A DNA stretch of 64,000 bases from positions 1-64,000 of IMG/VR virus record IMGVR_UViG_3300025018_000006; one strand, 5' to 3'. The position numbers and the translations under genes were made by a program. Origin of the DNA: a virus. Shown here in pieces: positions 1 through 12,000 of this stretch (position 1 is the stretch's first letter; each line of letters starts with the position of its first letter). The notes beneath the pieces are model-generated. The model was not told where the DNA came from. It ran no database searches and saw only the letters and a program-made list of their open reading frames with translations.

Positions 1-3000
1 ACTTTACCAGCTTTTATTTTTCTCATTTTAGTAGCATCTTTTAACATTTGATCATAATCACCAAGATCACCTTGATCATATAATCTTTGAAGTGTCATCA
101 TTTTTAAAGCATCTTCAAGCCTACTACTTTCTTCACGAAGAAGACTTTCTCCTATCTGAGCATCAAGATAAGTTCCTGGATCAATACCTTTATTTTTCAA
201 GACATTATATTCTGATGATAATTTCATATCCTTATAAACTTTTTTGTATTTATAAGAATTTTCAATAATATCAAATTCACTTAAATTAGAATTAATTCCC
301 ATTTCTTTTAAATCTTCATCATCTAAATCAAACTTTTTCAAATCAGGATAATTATTTCTCATCGAATGTATTCTCCACCTTTTCGTCATATACCTTATAG
401 CGGATCCAGAAGGAAGTACATAAGTAGAAGAAATTGGAAATTTATAAGTACCCTGAGTAGCAAGCATTGTATCTTTATTATATCTTGCTTTCTTTTCATA
501 AGTTGGGTCAAACATTGATTTTATAGCATAAGCAATATCCAGTAAAAATTGACTTCCATTTATTAAAAGACCAAGCGCCGGGACTAAATTCTCCTGAAAA
601 TACTTCCAATTATCCATTGAAAAAACGAAGAAAACATCACCGGAATAACGATTAAATATTTGCATAAACTGTCTTTTCCAGAATGGCTGATAACGATCAT
701 TATCATCACCACCCAAAAGCATTGTCGAACCAATAGTTATAGCAATATAACTAACTACTTGAGCAATTGCACTGATAAGATTCCTTTTGTCACTATCTGA
801 TAAATCTTTAATCTTTATTTTACCACCGTTCACAGCTTCAATTAATGTATCAAAATATTCATCAGTGTAAGCGAACCAGGCATCACTATAACCTTCGCCA
901 GATTCATTTGCTTCAAATATTTCATCCTGAAGTTCTTTTTGTCTTTTAGCAGTATTCTGAGCATTATAAACAATCATTTTTCCTAAAATATGTAAAGTAG
1001 GTAAAATACCACTTCTAACTTGCATATTTCTATCAAGATGATAAGGAGCAAACTGAGCCCATAATAATGCCGGCAACCACTTTCTAAATTGAAGAAGACC
1101 TTTACCGGTATTCGTTGCCCAGAAAGGTGCTGCTGATAACTTACCATAATCTCCATGAATATCTTTAACCCTACCCTCGATTAAAGAAAGCCTATGGTAA
1201 GTTAATTTATTATTTCTTTGACCAGGCTTGGTATTTCCTTTTTTGTCATAAGCATTCCATTCTTCATCAGTCATAAGACCTATGAAGATAACAAATTGAT
1301 TTACCTTTTCAACAAATTCCATTGGCATATAACCATACTTCTCAATATCCTGCACATCAACTGCACCGAATAATATCCTATATTCTTTCTCAAGTTGATC
1401 AAATAAAGCGTCCTGAGTAATATTAGCCAGCTGATATCTTCTAAGAATATTTTTTATTTTTTCAGTATTGTAAACAAAACCATCTCCGCCAAATAATCTT
1501 TTAATACCAGTCTTTACAGCATGAGGTTCGCGAATAAGGTCAAATGTTTGCCCGATAAGTAAATTGTTTACCTGAGTAATTGGAGAGAACATAATTTTAT
1601 TCAAACTATTTACCCTATTGGCAAAATCAACTATATCAGATATTGTTTTTCCTTTTAAGAATAATTGATCTTCTGGCTTTATATTGTATAGCTGATATTC
1701 ACCCCAGGCTTTTAAATAAGCAGCAATACTATTTAATCCTCGTGATTCAGGATTAACACCTTCTTCTATATAACGGGAAAGTATCCAGTCTAAAGGAGCC
1801 ATTAATCTCTTTAAATAATGAGATCTGATCATACTATCAATAGCAGTAGCTTCAGCCTCAACTAATTTACTTGTTGAGTAAAGTGTATTACCTCTACCGA
1901 TAATCGGAATAGATCTTTGTTGTTTAGTAATGTTTTCAGGAAGATTAAGTTCATCCCTACCTTTTCTGGAAATTTTTTCTGCTTCTTTTATATGATAAGT
2001 TAAAATACCATTTGCTTTACCTTTACCCATCTCGGTAACAACACCTGGTATTCTAAGAAACATATGCCGCCAATTTTTCCCGAAAAATTTAACTTTTTCA
2101 TCATCATTCATTTCAGAAAGGATATACATCTCTTTTATCTGACCAAGAGTTCTAATCATTACACTACCATCGGTTTCTCTTGCATAATCAGGCTTACCCC
2201 TTCTTGTCCACCCTTTAACAACTTTCATCTTTATAGAATCCAATGAAGATGGCTTTAACTTCTTCTCCATTAACGGGCCAAATCTTCTACCATATTTATT
2301 GATAAATTCACTTCTTGTCATAAAAATCTGGCTTATCTCAATTCTTGGATTTCTATTGGCATTAACCATTTCCCTATGTTCAGGATCAAATTTCTCATAA
2401 TATTTATAAAGAATTTCAAGATATTCACGTTCTATTGGATGATCTTCTGCATTAACTTCATTAGGTCTTTTCCAATACCTAACACCTTGAGATTCCGTTG
2501 TGGCTATATCGAAATCAATCTTACCGGTAAATCTTTCAAGCTCTCTATTCATTAAGAATGATTCCTGCATATACTTCTTAGTTTCACCCTCAGTCTGAGT
2601 TGTAAATAAGTTAAGTGGAACAAAACGTTGTTCAATCATTCTCGGAGTCATATTTCCTCTAATACCTTGAACTCTGTCAAAGTCATTCCATACCTGATCT
2701 TTATGATTTGTAAGTATGTAATAAAGATTTAATGTTTGAGGAAGTATATGTTTAGGATTAGCTCCAACCTCTCTGTTTTCACGAGAAATAGATCCTGCCA
2801 TAAAATGATTCATAGCTTCTTCTCTCATGAATTTAATAAACTGAGCAACCGGTTCTATTTTTTCACTAAGAACACTAAATTCTTTATAAAGATTAGTTAC
2901 ATTTTCTTCTTCATTTAAAAACTCCTGAATAGTAGCCCATGATGGATTGTTTTTAAAGAACTTCCATACCTTTTTAATATGTCTTGTCTTTACTTCGTTA

Positions 3001-6000
3001 TCAATTTCACCTTCTCTTGTTTCAGATATATCACCAACTCTAAATCCAGGATTCCAATGGCGTTCAAGAATTGATTCCTTTTCATAATTATATCTTGGAA
3101 CAAAATCGACTGGTTTTACACCTTTAGGAGTTTCTGATTCATATTTATAAAGTCCATTTCTGACACTTTCAAGTGATAATTCATTAATATCTCCGGTATC
3201 TTCATTTTCAACAGTTACTTTTCTTCTTTTAATATCAATACTTTTGACTATGTAATGATAAGTATCTATTGGTTCTCTACCGGATCTTCTTCTTATTTGA
3301 TAAACCCTCATCACCTCATCTCCAACTTCTAAATCTCTAAGCCCAACTTCGTGAACTATTTTATCATCAAGTTTAAACCATTTTGTTGCCGGGGCATTTT
3401 CATTAGGAAATGCTTTATATCTTGCTGAAACTTCAATCTCTTTAAATAATTCATTTCGTTTCTCATCAGTATATGCTGACTTAGCGATATTGTTTATTGC
3501 TAAGAAAAATAACTCCTCTGAAGTCATAGATGTTTTACCGTTAAGATCTTCTAAACTATAACCTAAACCTCCTGCATCCTCAGAAGTAGTAAGTTTTGCA
3601 TATAAAGATTTTTCTCCTTCATTACGGATATCACCAATTTCATCTTTATTGAAATTCATAATATCTTTAGTGTAAAGATTCATGAAATGATAAGCAGTAA
3701 GCATATCACGAATAAGATATTCCGGAGTATTCTGATCCCTTAAAGTCTTTTCAAAGTCAGGATATATCTTTTCAACATTCTGACGTTTAAGATAATTCAT
3801 CTGCATTAAACGATCAGTTATATTTTCAGTTTTATCGTTACGAGGAATCTTTACCCAATTACCAATTCTTGCATTTTCTATGATATTGTCTTTACCTCTT
3901 TTAACAATGATTGGAACAATACGAGTTTTTAATACTTTATTTTTCTGCTTAACAGTAATTTCTTTCTGAACCATTTTAGGTGTAAAGCTTTCTGCAGCAT
4001 TATTATTAGAATCCCTGGTTATTTTACCTTCATTCTGTAATTTTTTTACAAGTGTATAGCGTTTATCCTGAACAAACTGTTCTTGTGATTGCTCACTGGC
4101 ATTTAATGAATTTACCCATTCAACAGCAGCTCTTTCATCAGGAGTTAATTCATCTGTTTCTATCGTTTTTTTAATAGGTTCAGCTTTAGGATCTTCCTGT
4201 TCTTCAAGCATATTGCTATACATATTAAGCTGAAGCATATGTTGAGAATATTTTGAATTTGGTATATTTTGAAACGGAGCTTTTAAAGTACCAAATTGCT
4301 TTTTATACTCTGGTAAAGGAGTCATGTCATCCATAGCAAATTCTTTTTCAGTTGTTTTAAAGTCAAAAACTAACAACTGATTATTCCCTATATCAACAAC
4401 AAGATCAGCAAATCCACCGATTCTATATTTTTTACTGATAAGATGAGGTTCTGTAATAAACTTAGCATTAGGATAAGCATCAAGAATATCATCTTTCATA
4501 TCATAAAAATCATTCTTTAATAACCTATACTCCTCAGTAGCAAGTTCACCTTTACCAAAATTAGATTCAATATCTTCTTGAGTAATTACAATTGGCTCTT
4601 TACTAAATACACTTTCCGCAACAGAATGTATAAAGGTTCCATTCTCAGGAACATCTTCACTCCATAATTTTTGGATTGCATCTGATTCAGTCCTGGCTTC
4701 TTCTGCAGACCATTTTTCCTTAGAAAGACCTCTATAAATTTTAAGATCTTTAGCCATGGCAGCTTTAGCTTTAATTATAGGATCAAACTGTTCGCTTAAA
4801 GAAGCTTTAATAACAGAAGTTGCCGATGGAATAGGTTTACTTCCAATATAATGAGTATGAGTATCACCTTCAAAGTTAGGAATCTCTTCTTTTTTGAAAT
4901 TATAAGATATCATATTCTTAACAATAGCCTCTCCATGATTTGTTGATGGATTAATATTGTCAGAATTATTCCAAATAGAATATGCCATATCTTGAACAAG
5001 ATCAGTTTTAGATGAAGCTCCGAATATTTGCTTAACTGCTCTCCAGAACTCTTTAAGTAACTCAACAAACTTTTGTAAAGCACTACCATTCATCTTAACA
5101 TCAGCAAGTTTGTATCCGGCCCTACCTATATCACCAATTATCATTTCTTCAATCTCCGCATCAGTAGATTCAGGAAATTTTTCTTTATAAAGATTTGATA
5201 ACTTAACTTTAACTGGATGATCTGAAGGTAAAGCATCCCAATAAATATGAGCATGTTCATGGAATACAGTAGATTGAACAGCCTTATTTGTATCTACAAA
5301 TACTGCATTCTTAAAAGCATGACCTAAAGCATGAGGATTAATCTCTCTACCATTTCCGCCATTCTTATGAACAAAATCCATAAATTCTTCACGGGAAGAA
5401 AAGAATACAACTCCCGGATACATCTTTCTTAATTTGTCGAATATAAATTTTTGAAGTTCAGGATCTTCAGTAGCTAATGCCTCTCCCATTGTATCAGAAT
5501 CAAGCATACTTTTCGGACTCTCATTACTTTTAGGATATACAGGAAAAGTTGCTTTAGCTTCTCTTTCTAAATCTGACATAAGTCTATTTGCCGCCGGAAC
5601 TAATTCTTTTGTTACACTTTTAATATTTAATCCATAACGACTATTAAGTTCATCTCTTAATGACTGAGCACTGAATTGATGATTTTCCGCATATTCAATA
5701 TATTCATTAGCATTTGTTACCCCCGTTACACCCTCTAGTGTGTCATAAGATATTGGAGTTGCAATATTGGCCAATGATTGATAATCATAATAATTGGCAT
5801 ATGAAGGATTCGCTATCTGCGATTTATCTTTAAACTCTTGAACTCTTGACGCTCTTAATACCCAATTCATCATTTGTAATTTATCAATAGATGAAATGTT
5901 ATTTACTTGCCAATCATATAATTCATTTTGAGCTTTTCGAGATAAACTAATCCTAAAATCTGTACCTAAGAGACTGTAGTAAGATCCGCCGTAAGTACTG

Positions 6001-9000
6001 GTAGTTGTACCAAACTGATAAACAGTATGAGCAGCAAATTTGTCTTGTAATTCACCAGGTAAAGAATCAAAGTCTTCCCTTATTTGTTTAAGATTTTTTT
6101 CTCCAATTTTTGCTTGTCGATAATCTGGAGCTATTTCAAGTCGAAATTTACCATTTCTATAAACTTTCTGAATGGTTTGAAGAAATTTGTTATCAGGATA
6201 TTTTTTTCTGTACTTATCAATATTAGCAAGTAATTCTTTTTCAAGATTAGAAGCACTTTGTCTTACTCCAATAGCTCTTAATGTTGCTATATTACTTAAA
6301 GCATAATCAATGCTTTTTAATTCATTAACGAAAAATCTTTTCTTTTTATTAAACTTATTTAATAAAGCTGATCTAATTTCTAAACCGACCGGAGTGTGAA
6401 TCCATGAATCCTGATAAATATACATATCAGATATTTCAAGCGCTGTTTTAGCTGATTTAAATTCAGTAATAGGTTCACCTCTCTCGTTAAACAAAGGCTT
6501 AACATCAATAAGTTTGAATTTTTCCTTACTGTTTACTCTTATATCGTCATATAAAGCTTTATCTGTTTGAATCTCTACAGAACTCCCAGATGCTCTTTGT
6601 GTTAAATTGTAAAATCTTCTAAGTTCAGGAAGTTCTTGAGATAATTTATAGAACTCAATAATCTGACCTGGTAGATCGCCTTCAAAATCTCTTTTGAATT
6701 TTATTTCCAAATCTTTCATATTAACACTATACATCCCACCATTTTGCCTTCTCATAGCTGAAGTAAAGGCTCTCATTTCAGGAGAAGTAAAGTATTTAAC
6801 AACTTGTTCAATATGCTTTATAATAGCTTTATCATTTTTAGTATCAAGATTTTTATTACCAAGTAAAGCTATAACAAACATATTTGAAGTAATCTCATTA
6901 ATGCCAATATCCTCTATCTTAGGATCAGCAGCATTATCAAATGCAAGATTAAGAAAATTAGCCAAATGAAGTTTTAATTTTCCTTGAGGATCTGCAGCAA
7001 AACCTGTAAGTGAAATTTTACTCTTGCCAGTCTGAAGAACTATTGATCTATTGAATTTGATATTTAAATGAGCGAGAAGTCCGTAAATAGTTACTGCATC
7101 AGTAAGCATTCCTTTCATTTTAACACCAGTCATATTCTCTCTACGAGCTTTATCGAATCCTCTTGGGTCCATAAATGAGAATTGATTTTCTGTTATACCT
7201 TCACGTTCCCTTACTCGTTTAACAATATCATCATAAAGTTTAGTATTAATAGCAGCTTTAATCTTTGCATCAAATTTAGGTTTGGTATAATCTATTGCTA
7301 TCATTTGCATAATCTGATTAGCAATACCTTCTTTTGAATTATCAAGGATAATCTTACCATTCTTATCTTTAAAGAAAACTTGATTAAAACGCTGATCACC
7401 ATCAAAGTCAGATCCTGAAGCTAACTGACTCTCATTATCAAGCATGGTAAAATTACCACCAGATATTTTATGTTTTAATCGACCAACTGTATGTGAATGT
7501 AAATCATCAGCAGGAACTCTTGTTGATATTATATATTCCCCGGGTATAACTCCATTTCTTGCAACTATCTCCCACCACATAATATTCCCATACTCATCAA
7601 ATAAATCTGAGTAATATTCTCTACGTTGAAGCACTTGATTTAAAGCTCCGTCAATATCTCCTTCAAATTGAGCGTCTTCATATCTCGCACCAGTAACATT
7701 AGCAGCTATGTCTGGAAGTAAAATAACATCAGCTTTCCATTCTTTTTCTCCTGTACTATAAGTTCCTGACCAGGATCTTCTACCTTCAAGTAACCCATCA
7801 GGATCAGGTATTTCTTGAGTGGTAAGTCTGTTGATTGGCATCTCAAGAGCTTTTCTGGTTAATGTACCAGCAAGCATTTTTCTTAAGAAATTAGCTAAAG
7901 CAGGTTCATATGGAGTAATCCCTGCTTCAAGCATATCAAATATTTCGGGTTGGGAATGTTGATTAACAGCTTCTTTTAACCATTCAAGTTTAACATCATC
8001 CATGGCCTTACCTTCGAACTCTTTGACCATTTCAATCATCACTTTATTCTGAAGCTTATTAATCAAGTTACTTACAGCCGGCCCATTATCAAGTATAAGT
8101 GTATTGGATAATGTCTGAATAGGCATTTTTGTAGAAGTAGGAATTGAAGAATGTCTAAGATCTTGTTGAATATAGACATGCTTAGTTAATCTGGTAACTA
8201 TTCCATTTTCAGGAATATCAATTTTTTTCTTCAATGAACCATCATCTTCCCACATCTTTATAGATGCATCAATGCGTTCTTTATTATTTTTAGCTTTCTC
8301 GAATTTTTTAGTACCTGAAGTAAATGAAGCTACATCAACTCCTTTTTCATTCATTAAATCCCTTAACTGTTCAAATTTACTTCCTGGAAATGCGTTAGCT
8401 AAAATATCAATATTTAAACGATTTGTTTTCGTCAATCCCCTTAACCCAGTTTCCGGATCAATAAATGAAGTTAATGCTTTTACTGAAGAAAGAACTTTAT
8501 ATTCATCCTGATTAGCTTTACTTAAAATGGTTCCCATTGAAACTTGCATCCTCTCAGCATACTCTCCAGTCATAAATTCTACACCGTCAAACATTTCCCA
8601 ATTGCCCAATTTATCATCTATAAGTGCAAATTGGAATGTTTCTCCAACGCCATTAGCTACAAATTCATTCATCTTAATGCCCGGAGAATTTGACGATCCT
8701 CCACGCTTAACCATGTCTATAAGTGATGTATAAGAATCTTTTTTTCCAAAGAATATTTCATTTGTAGCAGCTATATTATTAGCAAAATTGTAAATAAATT
8801 CCTGAATCTTTTCGTGAGAAAGAGAAGGGAGAAAAGAAGAAAGAAAAGGTTTATACTCAGTTTCAAACCATTTTACTGCATTATCAAATTCAGGGAATCG
8901 TTTTCTCATTGATTGCAGTTGTTCTTCAGTGAGATTAGAAATTTTAGGTGCATCAACAATGGTTAATGAAGGTTTATCTCCAAATTGGCCTATCCAATGT

Positions 9001-12000
9001 GGATAAACTTCCTCTCCCTCAAGAAAAGCTTGAAGTTGAACAAGCCATAAATCTTCATTTGACATTCCTACAGTCTGAGTTCCTTTCTTTCCTTTATTTT
9101 CATCAAGATTATGAATACCATTGATGTAGGAAAGCTCCATTTCTATTCCTTTACTTCTGTAATAATCAACAATATGATTTTTAACCTGACTTTGGGTTAT
9201 ACTTTTTGCAATATCACTTATGTTACTTGACTGCATAAATGAATTAAATCGATCTCCTTTAATATCATTTCCGCTCAAACCTATTTCATCAACTGAAGTT
9301 ATTGCTGTACTTAATTTATAAAGATTAGATAATGCTCCAGTTTGTTCATTACCGATAGTAAAGAAATTATTGAAAGCTAATTCAAAATTAGGTGACTTTA
9401 TTGTTTGATACCATAAATTAAATGCAATATTACTTTGAATACGACGATGATTACCTCGCCAAGTATCATATTTTAATAAATTATCATATGTTGTAAACTC
9501 TGCTTCATTTGCTGATTCTCTTGAGGATTTAGCTTTAGTTTCTGCTGTTTGAGAACTGAAATATTGACTCCATATATCTTTTGAAATACCTGTTATTTCA
9601 CTTAATAAAGAAATATCAGAATTGTGTTGCTCTCTACGAAGTTCTTCACGCTTTTCAGTAGATTGATTATCGTAATATTCCCAGTCTTGATTTTTATTTC
9701 TGAAACGATTATTCATTTCTTCAACATGAACATATATTCTTCTTTTTATAGCATCATAACCGGTATATCCATTCCATGTATAATTTTTTGCATTGTTAAA
9801 AAATGATTCTCTAAACTCATCATATTTTTGAGATGGATTTAATAAAGTCCTTGTAAGCTTTCCTTTATTAAAGATATAACCATACTGTTTTGCTAAATAC
9901 ATATTATTATAATTAGCAAATAAGCTCACTGCTGATCCAATAGTACTCTTCCTGAGCATATCTACTATCTGATCAGTAACTTCATCACGGCCAAGTAAAG
10001 AGCCTAAATATTGGCTAAAAAGTGCTTCATTTTCAAAATTTGATAAAACACCTTCCTGTTTTGCTAATAAATAGAACTTTCTTTCTACAATTTCTTTTGT
10101 TGTATTTGTATTTTCAGCTATAGCTACCCATAATGGAGCAAAACCCTGAAGCAAAGCATCAGTCTTATTTGAACCGCTTAATGCAACACCATGCATTTCT
10201 GGAATTTCAAGATCATCGACTTTTAATTCTTTAGCTTCTTTTGCAAATCCTTTAGCTTTTAACTGCTGTTCAGCAATAGCCTTTTCAACTTTATCACGAT
10301 TATCGTGTGCAAGAGCAATTAAGAATCCTTTCTGCTCATCATCAATAGTATCTAATGATCTTATAAAATCAAGTAGTTTTTCAAAAGCTTTTTCGATCTG
10401 TATTCCACCCCAATCACCTGCATCTTTGACCATCTGAATAAACTTCTTGCCAAGTTCATCTTTTTCACCTTGATCAACTACTCTGTTAATACCACCAGAA
10501 AATATTGCTGCCCCAGTAAAAAACTCAGAAGCACTTTTCTTTAAATTTTCAACAATCTCTTTTTCTTTTCTTTCTAAATCTCTATCCTTTCTTCTTTTTT
10601 CATTAAAGTCTGTTATCTGAACAGATCCTATCACAGTTCCGTCTTCAAGTTTTACATTTATTTTATCGAAATAAGGTATTATTATTCCTTCAATCTTTTT
10701 ACCTATTTCAAGATTTGGATTCCAACTTTCCCATTCTTCAAGTTCTAAACTTAATTTCTGATTTTGTAATACAGCTTGATTAGCCTTTTCATTATCTTTC
10801 TGATCTAAATTTACATTATAAAAAGCATCAACTATTCTACCATCAGAAAGTTTTACCTGAAATTTTCTATTAGTAACATGGCTTGCAGTTCCGGATAATT
10901 TTTCACCTCGATCTAAATCAATTTCAAGTCTTTTATGTTTGTCTTCAATACTTAAATCTTTGAAATTTGTTTTTTGGTTATGAAATTTATTTTGATATTT
11001 ATGAAGTACATCAACTTGTCTTTGAAGTTTTTCAATATCCGGAGTAACATTTACTCTATTACCATACTTATCAAGTTCTACTTTTTCACTTAATTGTTTA
11101 GCAACTTCAGCATGTAAATAATCAATGGATTCTTTATCCGGTTCAAGATACTGACCATTTTGATTTTCCTTAACCAAGAGTCCATTATCAGCAAGATCTT
11201 TATATTTTTCAGTTATTCTTTTATTCTCCTCATCTCTTATTTTTATTTCTTCTTCAGTTAATTCAGATTTTTCATCTTCAAAAATATTAGGATCAAAGTC
11301 ATCTTTCCAATCTTCTTCTCTGTTAAATCCTTGTTTTTTAGTTTCTTCTAAAATTCTGTTTTTACCTTCATTAATAGTTAAACTCGTAACAAGATCAAAT
11401 TGTTCCTGACTCATTCCTTCACCATGCTTATCTATGAATTTCTGGAAAGCATCACTATCAATATAAACACCATCACGTTTTTCAAGAACATCCATCAGAT
11501 CTTGATATACAGGCCTGGATAAAGTAACCTCTTTTTCCTCATTACTCTCAGTATCAGTCATTGTAAACTTGACATCCTTTCCTTGAGTAAAAGCATTTGT
11601 AACATTAGCAGCATACATAGGAACACCAAATAAACCAACAGTCATGAATGTGGTTAATTGATCATCCCAAAAATCTTTACTTTGTGCTGATTTTCCCTGA
11701 ATTACTCTATCTGTAAAATAACCACCAAGTTCTTCAAGATATTCCTCAAAGACACCATCCCAACCAAGTTTATTTCTGGTAATATATTGATTCATATCAG
11801 TAATAGCCTTAATGCCTTTCATTTTCATAAAATCATCAAGAATCTTACGTTCAATAAAATCTTTACCGGTTAATTTTCTTTTAGCGAAATTCGCAGCTTT
11901 ACCAGCACCGGGAATTGCTTTCATTAAATACTGACCACTTCTCTCAAAAGCCATTTCTGTAAAAGCTGACATATATCCTTTAGCTAATCCTTTTCCAAAT

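Noticed and set aside
2064-9806. Short plus-strand ORFs in the ORF track over the first 14 kb
   Set aside because: They are antisense shadows of the giant minus-strand RNAP gene, which carries the recognisable motifs.
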